From: Ramazzottius varieornatus | Taxonomy: Eukaryota; Animalia; Tardigrada | Assembly: GCA_001949185.1 (NCBI GenBank) | Contig: BDGG01000022.1 | Coordinates: 124,001-188,000, forward strand | Length of the DNA: 64,000 nt | Direction of reading: 5' to 3' | In this document: positions 1-13,256 of the stretch, one piece after another | Layout: every line of letters begins with the position of its first letter | Numbering within the stretch: position 1 is the first letter of the stretch | Position numbers and translations under genes: made by a program | The notes under the pieces: model-generated | What the model was told of the DNA's origin: nothing | The model's database searches: none | Seen by the model: the letters and a program-made list of their open reading frames with translations, nothing else

Positions 1-837
1 GTAGGCTCCAGCACGCCAAATGAAACTTGAGAAAGGAATATTACCTTAACTGCGCTCGTTGATGTTCCTTTACAACGAGCAACAAGTTAACAATGAAACA
101 TTCTATCCTCCCTTTTTCCCAGATTTCAAGAACCTCCGATGGTTGGAGCTGAAACCAAGGGATGTAGCGAAGAGAGGAAGCGAGCGGCCCAGTCCTTGTT
201 GACTTTTGCTTGCTTGCTTGCGCTGGAAGGAAAATGAGGGGAAAGAAGTTGGCGTTTCCGCTGTTCTTTTCATTCATCCTTCCTCTCTGCTTGGGCAGTC
301 ATCAGCACTGTAGGTCCTTCGGTCGAGTTTTTGGTATTTGCATAGTAATCAGATAAGAAAAGCCGGCTGACTAAAGCGGTGATTTCGGCGACCTGTCGAG
401 GGTTCTTCAGCGCGCTTTTTCATCAAAGAGTGTAAATTGTCGGCTCGTATCGATCGGTTCGATCGCCGGTGGTGTAGTAGCTTGTTTTAGAAGGTGAAGG
501 CTTGTTGGCACTACTGTCTTGTAACGTTTAACTCAGCGGTGATCACAAAAGGCTTTGCTGCTGTGCAAAGCTCGTTCACACATTTCAGTATGAGCTAAGC
601 TGCCATTGTTTACCTAGCCAAGCACTCGTGGGAGCAGTTTTGTCAGATCAGACAATTAGGTTTGTAGCAAGTTGACCAACAACTATCTGCACGTGCAAAA
701 ACGCGCTGACTCTTCACGTCGTAAAATGAATGGTCGAGTGCAATTACTCGTGCGTAGAATCGGCCCTAAGAGTCGTACATAGCATAGAAATGACTGTGTT
801 AGGTACATTGGATAGTGGAGGGTCTTGTTGATTGTAG

Positions 838-3800
838 TTTCGGCTCGAGCGGAGTGGCGCTGGTCTATCAGGATGAGAAGCAGCGGGCGGCGCGCCACCT
901 GGCCTTCGTTCCCAACCAGGGAAGGCTGGTGGTCATTCAGCAAGACGGACACATTTCCCTGCTGGAACTGAACACTTCCAAAGATGGCAGTCACACCGTG
1001 CTGGAAAATGTCAAGACTATCCAGTCTTCCAGGTAAGCTTGAACCTGCCTATCGGACCAGTTTGAGTATCAGCGTCGCAAGGTTCTCTTTCGTCTTTGGC
1101 AGAGTGGAGAAGGTGTCGTGCGCCGCGGTGGTCAGCCGAGAGGCTTCGTCCTTCCTGTGGTGTGGCTGCCAAGACAGCTCCATCGCCGTCTTCTCCCTGC
1201 CTTCCTTGGAAGACAGCGCCGACACTTCCTTCAAACACTGGCTGACCAGCGAAGCGGAAAGGATCACCGCCACCACCGCAATGTAAGCTTCCTCCGACAA
1301 GTTCAGGCTCCCCCCAGAGTTTCCATCGGTGTTTTTGTGGGTTTCTTTGACAGTGATGGCTCGCAGGGAGGTGAGAAGGCCTCAGAAGTGACGATGAGCG
1401 AAGGCAAGACTTCACCGACACCAGCCGCACATGGCAAAGTGGTGGCCATCGAGCAGCATCCCCAAAAGCAGAACTTGCTGTTGGTGGGCTTTGCCGACGG
1501 CCACATTGTTCTTTACGACTTGGAGGCCAAAGTCAGCCACAGGAAGTTTCTCCATTCTGGCCAGGTATCTCTTGGTCGATGCCAGTGCATCTGACATTTG
1601 CTGTCGCTTTTCTACTTATCTCACTTCTTGACCTGTCAGTCTTCTCTGTTGCTGCAGGTGATGACGCACGTTGGTTGGCAGTCCAGTGCTGATGTCTTCA
1701 ACAGTACCTACGACGATGGAAGCTACCTGACCTGGAATACCGCCCAGGAGAGTCCCTTGGATAAGCCAATAACTCCCTATGGTATGGCAGATTCAGTGAA
1801 GAATGCTAAGCTTTTGAAGAGATGGTCGGTAGTAAGTGGAGCCTCGTCGAAGAAAGTCGACGATTGACTTTTGCAAGTGGCGCACGCTGCCAGCCGATTA
1901 CACTGGTGACGTGCGTCGGTTGGGAAAGCAAGCTTGTCGAGCTGCCAGGTTTGGCCATTGAAGTCATTGAAGAATGAGGGCTTGATGTGTAGGTCCCTAT
2001 CCCTGTATGGCCATCAACAAGATGGTGGTCCATTCCTCGTCGGCCAGCGACGGTCCACTGATCATCTTTTCGGGTGGCTTGCCCAAAGAGAAGCGCTTCA
2101 ACGACCACCACTCCATCACCGTCCAACAGGGTGAACGACACACGGCACTGGACTTCCCCTCGGCTGTGGTCGACTTTGTTCTTCTCGATGACGGTAAGAT
2201 AAGACGGTGGATTCCTTCAAGATGGTCTAGTATAATTTTCTAAGCAGTGCCCGTTGAAGGTGCATTGGCGGTTCCCAGCGACGCTCACACGCTGGTGGTT
2301 CTGCTGGAGAACCAGCTGATTGCCATCGACCTGACCAGCGACAAGTACCCGGAGATTGTGGCTCCCTACGTGACGCACATCCACGCACCCATCACCTCCT
2401 TGGAACTGTACCAAGAGGTCCCCCACCATGTGATGAATGGCCTGCGCGAAGTCGGCAAGAAGCCCAGCGACATTCGCCCCTTTGGCGCATACTCGCCGAA
2501 ATACTCTCACAGAGTAGGTGTCCCATTCCTACCTTGATCCTTCAACATTGGGTGAGATCTTGTCAACGCCGTTTTCACATACCGTTTCTTACTTTTTAGC
2601 AATGGCCCATCCACGGCGGAAGTGTCGTACCGGCAGCTGCTGTCTCAGCAGACGATACCACCATGAACAGTTCTTTGCAGAATAGCCTTCTCATCACAGC
2701 GTAAGCCTGTCACATCATAACCAAATGATCAAGTTAAGGTTGGTCTGTTACGATCTGGGCACTATGGTATACTGTTGCAGGCATGGCGATGGATGTTTGC
2801 GCTTTTGGGAAGTGCTTCCTGCTGGCTTGCGCCTGTTGCACAAGCTGGACGCCGCCACTCGCTACTTCCACGTCGAGCAGGAAGGCGACTTTGCCGATGA
2901 CTCCTCCGATGTCTGGCCACCCTTCCGCAAGGTTTGTTGATCTGTCCATTCGCATACCTACCAATAACATATCTGTCTGGAAGAGATGACAAACTCCACC
3001 GAAAACTCGGGAGGACAGAAACGGTCGAACTCGACCCGATTGTTCTTTTCAAGTGCCGCACGCTATTAGCCATTCGCAGGCCAGACATGCGTCACTTGGA
3101 AAAGGTGAATGCCAAGTTTCCAAAATCTACAATCTGAGTTCAGAACGACTCCGCCAGGTTCATGACAAACTGCCGAAAGGGTCTTGTAAATTTTGTCCGT
3201 TTTTAGTATGGTTTCGAGCAGGAGACGGTGCAAGAGCCGAGGATGAAGGTGGAAAAGTTCTGCTTTGACGTGTCTTCGCAAACGCTGCTGGTTGGTGGTC
3301 AGGCCGGACAAGTTCTCCTTTACAAGTTTAACCCTACGTACGCCGTCGTTCACTTTGAGGTATGTCGGGATAATTATCTTCGTCTACATATTCTCCTTTT
3401 TCACCACACCACTGGTGTCTTGCAGACGATCAATGTGTCGTTGGTGGGTGAAGAGCTGCAGTATGTCTGGCGCGGCAGCCAACCACTGCTGCCTCGTGCC
3501 GGTAACCTGGAAATGTTTGGCGGCTTCCAGGCTGTCCTCTCGGTCCAGATGGACCCACCCTCGGCTATTACCGCTTTGGCTATCCACCCAGAGTGGAACT
3601 TGTAAGTCCAGCTAAACTGATGGAGGTCTTGCTTGTGCTGACATCCCCTAGTGTCCGTTTCTCAGGTCGAAGGTTAGCCGTTTGTTTTGCAGGTTGGCCG
3701 TGGGAACAGGTCATGGCTTTGCCTTGTTGGACTACTCTCATCGAACCCGTATCTTCATCAACTGTACCATGAAGCCGGACGGCGAAAATCTAGGTAAGAG

Positions 3801-6800
3801 TATTAACATTGTTGGTGTCAGGTATACCTAGGAGTGAATAGGGCAGCTAGGAAAAGATGACAAGATCGTCATTTCAAGTGGCGCAGGCTCTTGGCTAATG
3901 GCGCTAAGACGGTGCGCCACTTGGAACATTTACTCTGGTCCAGCTCGTATATGTGAAGATCTGACTGAAGTTCACTTTGTGGGACGAGGGATTTTGATGG
4001 ATAAAGTTTGGTGATGGTTGTGTTGTTGATTGTAGAAAACGAGGCCCACAGTAACGGGACACTGCAGCAGAAGGCCAGGCGAGCGGGAGAGACGTTACGG
4101 CGATCGCTTCGTCGCATCCCGCGGCCCCATTTGAACGTTCACTCGCCGACGTCCTACACCGTCAATGGCGGTGTCGGCGAGAATGGCACGATTGAAACGA
4201 CCAAGAAGAGCAGCAGTACGGAAGGGGAGGTGGAGCTGCTGGATGGGCGGCAGATGGCTACCAGCCCCGACGGCCACCACAACGCCTTAACCAACGGCCA
4301 CACGGTAATGTCATGACCATTCAAATATCCCAACATTTTTGTCATATCTTCTTGGTGCTTTTTTCAGGAGACGACCCAGGATGAAGTCAAAACGCACATG
4401 GTGGTGACGGACAAGTTGGAGGTGAGCGATGCCAATGGGTACACCACGACGGTGGAAGAGAAGACGGTCGTTGAATCGACTGGGCCCAGCCAGGTACTGT
4501 ACACCGATCAAAGCTGGTGTTCCATACTTGTCCAGACTGCTCCTGTAACTGTCTCTTTCGTCTCTGTAGAATGTAACAGGAGAGTTGGCTGGTGAAAGTT
4601 TGCGGTCGACATCGGCCATAGCGGAACCCGTCAGTCTGCATGTCCAGACGGCCAACGTCGGACCGATCATCGTTGATGACAAGCTGCTGCAGGCGCTGGA
4701 AGCCGATATCATGCCAGCGGGCCTGGAGGAGCAAGAGCACAAGGCGGTGACAGAGCAGAGCAGAGTGGAAAAGACGTACAACTATGAAGCCACCACCGTT
4801 CGCACCCTCCTTCTCACCAGCTGTGCCATCCACCCCACTCAACAAGGTATGCGTCGACCAGAACGTAACTTCTATTCGAACATCCTCACGCTGTGTGTCT
4901 GTAGGTGCGACGAATGTTTCGAAGGGCAGTCAGCCCTGCTTGTGGGTTGGTCTGAACAACGGCACCATCTACAGCTACGCCCTGACAGTCCCTGACGTCT
5001 CCACCGGTTCTTCGACCGATCAAATCACCGCTGTCGCTGCTAAAGAGATCCACCTGCGACATGGCGCGCCCGTCATCTTTATGGCCATCGTCGACCACAG
5101 CAAGATGAAGGTACCAAATAACGTTGTGATTTGGAAGTTCGGCAACACAAACTGGACGAGATGGTTTCTCCCAAGTGGCGCACGCTTTCAGCCAGTAATA
5201 CTGGATACGTGCGCTACTTTAGAAAAACATCTAGTCCAGTTTCTTTACTTTCCCAGGTGGCGCACGCTTTCAGTGATAACGGCTGGAAGCGTGCACCATA
5301 TGCAGAACAATCTTGTCAACTTAGCCGAGCTCCAATATCATATATTCCACTGACATGCTGTCTTTGGCTCGTCTTGAAGGTTCAGCCCGAGTCGGCCGGA
5401 AGTCTGGCCTCATCGCCCCTTCCGCCTGCCTCACCCACCAGTCTTCCTCAGTCGCCACTGTCGGAAGACGTGGTGGCCTCTCCATCATCAAACAGCAGTG
5501 TCGCTGGCGCTGGTCGACCCAACTGGAAGGATGCCGACAAGTCGACGCAAAAGTTGCTGGTCGCTTCTGAAGAACAGATCAAGGTTAGATCTTCTTGACT
5601 CCAATCTTTCGTTGGCGCTGTGTAACCGGACCGTCGGTCTTGCAGATGTTCAACCTCCCGTCGTTGAAAGCCTATGGAAAGTACAAGCTGAGCAATGGTC
5701 GCTTCCGCAAGGTTGACGTGCTGCAAGTCGGTCCCTACAAAGGTTGGTGGACGATAGCTTGACTTTGCTACCAACCACCAATATTAGATGTTGCGGCCTT
5801 TGCTTTGCAGATGAATACTGTGTGGTGGCAACGACGAACCGTGGAGATGTCGAAGTCATTACCTTGCCGAACCTGAAACGAAGACAACGCGACAACTTGA
5901 ATAAGAAGGAAGATGTCAGGTAACCGGGTTTTTTTAGGCATCGATACCAAGAATGTTTTGTCCAGGGATTAACGGATGTCGTTTCTTTATAGCGCGGCAT
6001 TTGGCCGACACGGCCAAGGCATCTTCCTTTCTGGCAGTCAGGAGCTACAACTTTTCGCTGTGGTCAGCGGCACGGAACACCAGCTGCCGCCCTGCTTCAT
6101 CCACCTTCCCGATGGAGCACGTCCCGCTCCACCGGTCGCTGACGCGCCGCTGCAAGGCCCCCTCGAAGGAACGGTTACACTGCAGCAACCCGCTACACCC
6201 TTGCCCACTGTTGGAGAAGAAGCTGCCACTACCAACGTCGAAGAGGACCAGGTGATGTCATGTAGCTTTTGCTCCTCACCTACCTGCATACAGTTGTCGT
6301 TGGTTATTACTCCATGGCTTGGTATGCATGTTGGTGATGGGCTTCACGAAGTTGCAGGCCAACTAGTATTGTTCTTTTATCGGTAATGTGGGCTTTTCAT
6401 TTGACAGGTTGAGAAGGTGGAATTGCATGAGGTCGTTCAGTCACCCGTCATCATCTTGCAAGAAACGGTTGTGATACCGGTGCAAGATGAGGAGAGAGGA
6501 CGCGGTGATGGGGCAGAGAGCCAAGCAGAAGTGGTAGTGATGGAGCGCACGACGGTGGTCAGTGAGGTGCCGCTGGAAGCGGGTGAGATGGGTGAGAGCG
6601 CTACCTGTTTGTTGGTCCAAGAAGAGGTGGTCGTCACGTCCTTGGATGATAGCATGCTGTCGGAGAGCCAACATGCCGTGGGTGACATCAGCAACGACAG
6701 CATCATCGACCATTTCCATCACGACCTGTAAGCATGATAATGCAACTGGCTGCTTAAATTCAATGAAGATTATAGCCTTGAGTTTGATGACTTGCAGGAA

Positions 6801-6993
6801 GAACGGTAATGCGGAGGAGGAAAGCGGGGCCATGAACGGAATGAAGAGCGACTTTTTCAGCGAGGAAGGTGGCGCCATGAAGGTCCATAGTCTGGAGGAC
6901 AAGCTGAAGGCCATGGAAATGGAAGAGGCTGGCGCCAACGAGCAGAAGGCCATGGGCTCCTACATCTATAACGAGACGACGACCACACATTGA
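838..6993 (+). CDS. lgl: Lethal(2) giant larvae-like WD40 polarity protein, multi-exon, divergent; 5' exons not found in the window
   Basis: Spliced translation gives Lgl-family motifs: FGSSGV...FVPNQGRL, WPIHGG, LLITAHGDGCLRFWEV, WPPFRK, GFQAVLSVQMDPPSAITALAIHPEWNLLAVGTGHGFALLDY, a polybasic TLRRSLRRI segment, LWVGLNNG, EIHLRHGAPV and LLVASEEQIKMFNLPSLK. No C-terminal R-SNARE motif. Stop TGA at 6991-6993. Confidence 0.85.
1874..1922. repeat. 49-bp palindromic element core (lgl intron)
   Basis: CAAGTGGCGCAC-N25-GTGCGTCGGTTG. Confidence 0.8.
3050..3098. repeat. 49-bp palindromic element core (lgl intron)
   Basis: CAAGTGCCGCAC-N25-ATGCGTCACTTG. Confidence 0.8.
3875..3923. repeat. 49-bp palindromic element core (lgl intron)
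   Basis: CAAGTGGCGCAG-N25-GTGCGCCACTTG. Confidence 0.85.
5172..5302. repeat. Two tandem 49-bp palindromic cores (5172-5220, 5254-5302; lgl intron)
   Basis: CAAGTGGCGCAC-N25-GTGCGCTACTTT and CAGGTGGCGCAC-N25-GTGCACCATATG. Confidence 0.85.
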
Positions 6994-7547
6994 ACGGAGC
7001 GCCATCTAGACGTCAACAGGTATCTTTCTCTGATATTTGAATCTCCCTTATACATTCTTTAATCTCTCATCTCAGCCACCAATAATCTATCTCAGTCCGA
7101 AAGCAAGTGGGTATTTTTTGTATGGAACTTTGTACTGCGCCTAACTTTATATCCTTCTCCAACACAAGTGCGAATGCTGTGCGCTTGCAAGGCTTTGGGC
7201 CAGCATTTGTTGCTTGTTTTATGTGCATCCTCTTATCTGTATCCAAGGCTGGAGCGAAGTTTTTTCGCTGGCTTTAAGCTGTTTAGAGGGCAGTTTGTGG
7301 TTCGACTGGTGCCCTTTTCTGCAATGGTTGTGTAGTACATGACTTTTGGGAATGTGAACATGTTAGTTGCCATATCCCCAACAGTCTTACCTAAAATGGC
7401 GGGGTAATCTAGAATAACTAGACTTGATTAAAAAGTGTGGGAGCACTAAGCGAGTACAAAGGTTGCAGCAAGCATTGTACATGGAGCGTTTCAGTGCATG
7501 TGGGCAAGGTAAATAATGGCAGGACTTTAGCAAGAAGCATCAAGAGA

Positions 7548-9588
7548 TCAAGCACTGTCTAGATTGTAGTAAAGATGTCCCTGCTCTTTGCCGGCAAAGG
7601 AGAAAGCATGCTGGCCCGACTCGATTAGGGAAGCGGGGCAGATATCGGCACTAAGCGGTACATAGCTAACATGGTTCTTGCTGTCGGGTACCGCTTGGAA
7701 CATTTTCACCTCACCGGTAACGGGGTTGACTCGCACCACTTGAGTAGACTTTTTGACCTCTTGACCGGTGGCATTGACAGTAAAGTCCTTGTAGGCTTGC
7801 ATACTGGTCGTCGTTTGGTCGGCTGGATCGCGCGAGCCGCCTTGGAGGATGGAAGAGTAGTGGCGCGGGGGCTGGGAGTAACTACGGCTGGGTTGCACAT
7901 AGCCAAAGTCGCGGTAGGCCTCCTGCGAAGTGGTCTTGTTGGACAAGGGCGAGGTGGAGGCGAAGAGGTGATTGTCGTGAGGGAGGATAGGTTGGGCGTG
8001 CTGGGCAGAGGAAAACTTGCGGAAAGCGTCGTGGCTGGTGGTCGTCGAGGATACCTTGGCAGATCCATCGGGTCGCAGAGCGCCTACAACGTACAATGTC
8101 ACATTGGTCCCATCCATAAAGTCGAGACTGGAACACTGTTGACAATTCCTGACCTGAGCTGCCTTGACGGAGCAAGCTGGGTCGCTCAGCAAGGCCAGGG
8201 TCACGGTAATCGTTGTGGTTGGTCGTCATGTCGGAAAAGGCTGCACCAGAGTCGCCACCGCTGGTCCGCGCTGAGGCACCTCGGACAGGTGGCAAAGTGT
8301 CAGCGGTTGCAAACTGCCGTTTACGACTGATATGAGCGTCGGAACTTGCCACACCGGCTCTCTGTCTATACCATTCGGCACTGCGCGGTCGCTGGTCCGC
8401 ACGGGAAGGCCGTCTATCAGCCGAGAAGCCTCTGTCCCATCGACCTGGGCTGACTTGACCATTGAAGAGGTTTAGCGTACTGGCTGGCTTGAAGGGCTTT
8501 TGCCGCTGGCTTTCGCTCATGATCAGCTGTTGATACGCTTCTTGAGTGACGGACTGGCCTGGCAGCCGCCTATCTCTGCAAACACATAACTTTGATTCGT
8601 ATCGATAAACTAAAAGGTCAACTGTCTGAAGCGAGGTTCGCTACGCGTAAGCATACTTGGGTCCATCCATAGACTCCAGTTGGTTCTTGGGTTTATAGGG
8701 TTTTGGGCGCTGACCCGCATCGCGTGTTCGAAAAGCGTCGCTGGTTTCCGACTGATCGTAGAAGCGGCCATCTTTTTCAAAGAGTTCATGGTCGGCATGA
8801 ATAATCTTGTCGGGACGCCCGTATGAAGCCAAGTCGCTGCTGATGGACGGACCCGTCGAGCGATGATGTTTCCGACGATCGGCCAGATCCCAGCCGGGAG
8901 AGTCCGGTTGGGCCATCAGCTGGCCCATCTGGCTGCGCAACAGCTTGCGGTCCAGGCTATGAGGTCGTGCGGCGACGGGTTGCGCTGACCACTTACCATA
9001 GTCTTGCTGTGTACTGCTCAGGCCGTCAAAGCGTTGACTGGTGTCGAACCTCAGCGTATCGGCAAACTTGTATCCTTGGGTTCGCTGCCAGCCAGCCGGC
9101 ATATGGTGCATAGCCCACTCCGACAGGTTGGCTGAACCTCGACCAGAGTCCTTCCAGCTGCTTCCTGACAGCACATCAAACGTCAAGCAAACCGTCGACA
9201 TTACCCCAGCCATATGAAACAATTGAACAAGCCTACCGTCATTTAAGGACAATGCTTCTTTAGCGGCTTTCCCCCTGCTTTGGTTCCGATCGACGATGGC
9301 CGGCAGATTCTGACTTTCGGACCTGGCCGAGCTTCCCTTCTTGGTTGCCGCCTTCTTCTCCTCATTCTTGCCACTGCCTTTCTTAGGAGTGACCTGAACG
9401 TCAAGGTCCTTGGCATCCCCGGTTTTTCCTTTGCTTTTGGGACTATGCTGCAGCGGACGGCTGGTAGTGACCACCGCATAGCCATCTTCGCCAATGGGCA
9501 TCTTCTTCTGGAAGCGTGGTTTCGCCGTGGGAACCTGTTGGTGTGCCGCAAAGGCATCTTGACTTTCTGTGGTGCGTTCCCGGTATCC
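7548..9588 (-). CDS. Divergent SAXO/FAM154-like microtubule inner protein with Mn-like repeats; true start uncertain (first in-frame ATG at 9501)
   Basis: ORFs 8641-9501, 7882-8520 and 7548-8204 join through GT-AG introns. Repeats include TTESQDAF, SSTQQDY, SETSDAF, SVTQEAY, TTNHNDY, TTTSHDAF, TTSQEAY and TTTSMQAY. The C-terminal CPASLIESGQHAFSFAGKEQGHLYY resembles the SAXO C-terminal motif. Confidence 0.65.
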
Positions 9589-9784
9589 CTACCACAAAAC
9601 GAAAGAAGTACAATATATGAAAGCGCACTTCCTAATTCAACAGCTGCGAAAGTAGTACGAATTGTCGCCTATTTTCGAGCACCAACTTCAAAAATTGTCT
9701 ATTCCCGTTTGAGCCAAGTGGCTCATCCCAAACTTTTAGCGCCGTGATGCACCATCATTCGCCTTTCGAATGTGCTCATCGTTG

Positions 9785-12700
9785 TTAAATATATCCCGTC
9801 TCACGAACTTCCTGGAAAATTTTGATAAGATGTTCAGCAGATGCATAAGGCCGACTTTGATCGCGAACCAACTTCGGCTGGAGATAGAGTACAGCCTGGT
9901 GCATCTGCTAAACATCTTGTCGGAAGTTTCCAGGAAGTCTATGAGACGAAATAAATTTAGTTCTGACTACCTCACTAAAGTCGTGCACTTTGAAAGCTGG
10001 TTTCAGACCCCGGAAAAACGGAAATTCTTGTTTTTGAAATTCCCCAAGCTGCAATGAGAAAACTTCTTACGGCCATAATATAAACCCAACTTTGGTCTAC
10101 AGGATGCATATGATAAGATCAGCCTGAAAGTTGATGAGGCCAGTGCCGGGATAAAAAAATTGAAAAAACAGCGGAAAAAGCTTTCCACTGTGACTTTGAA
10201 GCTGCTGAGAACCTGATAATAGACGGCATGTTAGGAAATGATGAAAGACAATGGAGCTAGGTTCTCGAATATACGGATTTTGTTTCGGTTAATCCGCATT
10301 GTCGATCATTCATCATAATTTAATGTCATACCTGCTGGAAAACACCGCTTAAGGTGAAGTTGGGAAGTTGATTGCGTTGACTGTTGAGATTTCCCAGTTG
10401 ACGACGACCTTTGCGCTTGTCGGTTGAGGAAAGACCGGCTGCCACAGCTGTGGCGGCTATCGCCACTCGGTCAAGGCTGGCTTGTCGTTTCTTCCCTTCT
10501 GTACTGCCATCGATACTGGCACGTGATCTGCTGTCTTGCCTCTTGATGTTGCCCTCTTGTTCCTTGCTAGCCACGTTAGGCGAGGCTTCGAGGTCCAGCA
10601 GGCGCTCTTGCAGGTTTTGGCTCCTGATGTCAGCTGATGATGTCACAGACTCTTCATCAGCTTCTCCGTTTGCCGTCTTATCGACTAGGTCAACCTTATC
10701 TGCTTGAGAAACATCTGCTTTTTCTGTAACAATACATCAGGCCACATTTTCCAAATGACTGCACATGACATGGCCACTTGGCGGCCTTTCCTTTTCTTAG
10801 TTTGTTCTTACCTCTTATCTCACCGTCTTTTGCAGCGTCGGCGGATGTGGCTTGCTCTGTCGAAGGTTCGACCTCTTCGGGTTGGCCCTGCTTTGCTGCA
10901 CGCTGTTTCCTGCTGGTTTGCTCTTTTTGCTGCTCAGCAGCTTCCGCTGTTTCAGCCTGCAGTCCCAGCGGTACTAGTTTTGGAATTCGTAGTTTATCCC
11001 GTGTTCTTTCCAAGATGCTGCCGGAATGCTGGTCCAGAACCACCTGCACCAGCAGCAAAAGACAAAATTACATGTTGTCTGGAATTGGAAGGAGAAACTG
11101 AAACAGATATAAAGTGACATTAGAGGCAAGAATCATTCTACGTACCGTTTTGTCGTCGAACGCTGCTAACTTGTCATCCTGCTGGGTTCTTCCATGGCCT
11201 CCAGCAGAATTCCTGGCTCGCTCCAACGAGTCCAGAGAGTCAAGACCACCAGAGGAACGTTGGCTATCGATAGAGTCCTGATAATCCGGCATGGTAGATT
11301 TTTGATGTTGGGATAGCGAGCGACTGTCCAAGACCAGGCCTTCGTCGGCTGACGAGGGAATCGATACTTTTTCAGGCTGCAGCTGCTGTGTTGACTGTGG
11401 CTCATTAGTATTCTTCTCCGTGACAGTAGCGCCTTCAGTGGCCGATCTGTCCTCTTGCAGACGCTGACTGTGCTTGTCGTCCGAGGCGGAAGTGTACTTC
11501 ATGGCCGACTCGGCCCATTTCGGCAATCCTTTGGGAAAGCTTCAACAGAAACAAAGCGCCTCATTAATCACTGATGTCCATCTGATCACACCGTCTACGT
11601 CACAAAGATGCATCGGAGCTTCCATTGGGCTTTCGATAAATTACAACCATAATATCGACAGGGGGAGAAGCCATCTATTCCACTAGGACATCCATGAGGA
11701 GGTATACCTGTTTTGATCGGCCAGCGGAAACCACAGCAAGCCGTTGGACTCTAGCGTTGCACTGCCCATACTGCGCACCTCGTCGGCCAACTCAGCCAGC
11801 GACCTTCGACTGCGTGTATCGTGTTGAGAATATCGCTGAGAGGCTTCTCCGCAAACCTGATCATCGTCGACCACCAACGAATTCATCCTTCGACCACTGC
11901 AATGCAGTAAAGCTCTTCATCAAGTTCCCCAAGTCGTTGACAGCAGTTAGCAATAGGCTGAGAATAAGTGTACCGTTTTCGGCGACTGGTGCGCCTCTTT
12001 GAGGAGCCAGATTTGGACTTTGCCGCATAAATATCCCAATTCTCTTCGGCATCGTCTGCCTGACGCTTCGTTGTCTGATCTGCTGCCTTCTCTCCCGAGA
12101 CACTTGCGCCTTGCTTTCCCTTCTCCAGCTGCTTCTTGGTGGAGGAATAGCGAGCCGATTCAGGGTCGGACTGAGCATAATTATATCCCATCTTCCATTC
12201 ATTACTCTCCTCGAATAAATTCATTTTCTTCCGAGCTACTTGCTCATGCTGGGACTGGCTGGCGGCCTTCTGTCTTTGATCGTTAAGCGTCTTCCTCGAA
12301 GTTGGTGTATCCCGCCCAAGCAGAAACTTTTCGGAAGCCTGCAGTTACGACGGTGGGAAACTTGTCAGTAAGTTACTAGCGCATATAGACAAGGTCGACG
12401 ATGACACTTGCTGGTTATGCGTCAAAGGTACCTGGAATTGTTCTTTATTGAGGCGGGCTTGCGCATTGTTATCGTCCATGTAGGTCTCATAAGCCGGAAA
12501 GTCCTGATGAGAGGTCTGCCAGCGCGCACTTGCCCGTCCGCTGCCAAAGATTATTCCCGAAGACTTGAGCAGCTGCTCCTTCTTCTGCTGGGCTATGTTA
12601 CCACCGTCACTTATTTCCTTGACGTTCTGCGTACCCAGGTAATCGGCATGGTTGGTGCTCAGATACCTGGCCGATGCTTGACCAAAGAGCAAGCCGCTGG

Positions 12701-13256
12701 AGGAACGGAACAAGTCCGCATGCGGAGCTTTGCTGATAACTGCCGGGTTGGCCACAGCCGAAAACTGCTCTTGATTGGAGGTGATATAGCCGGAATCATC
12801 CTGGCCAAACACGAAGCCACTGTCGTTCAAGAAGTTGACGTTCTTTCTTTGAGCCTGTGAACTAGAAAGCGAAACGAAGATCAATAAGGTCTTTATCAAA
12901 GATTATTTTTTGATCGTGGTGCTTTGAAGCGAATGGTTATTCTCACTTGGAAAGACTGTGGTTGATGAAGTCGTGGTGATTGACAGACAGCATGTCATTA
13001 GGGGAGGACGAGCCGAAAACAACATGGTCAAGCAGTTGGTTGACATCGTCAGGTACTTGGTGATGGCTGGCGATAAGGTGGTGGTCCTTGTAGGCATCGC
13101 TGCTGGTGGAATTGTAGGTGGGCGAGTCCTGGCCAAAGACTAGCTTGTCGCTGGCCTTCCGCTTGGCCTGAACCGGAAATGGCACTTGATGCTTGCCATA
13201 ATCACTCTGGCTAATCGAGCTGTAATTGACGGCCTCCTTCTCCCGGTTTTCTCCAT
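9785..13256 (-). CDS. Uncharacterised multi-exon protein: N-terminal Mn-like repeats, long disordered middle and a small predicted folded C-terminus; both ends uncertain
   Basis: Phase-compatible exons in ORFs 12943-13377, 12345-12899, 11883-12224, 11683-11886, 11068-11526, 10696-11058 and 10326-10646. Repeats SISQSDY, STSSDAY, SVNHHDF, ITSNQEQF, STNHADY and QTSHQDF. Candidate last exons LGEFQKQEFPFFRGLKPAFKVHDFSE and MHQAVLYLQP...FQEVRETGYI*. Confidence 0.55.

Noticed and set aside
838-6993. Calling the first gene tomosyn (STXBP5)
   Set aside because: There is no C-terminal R-SNARE helix, and the WPPFRK, HPEWNL and polybasic segments fit Lgl better.
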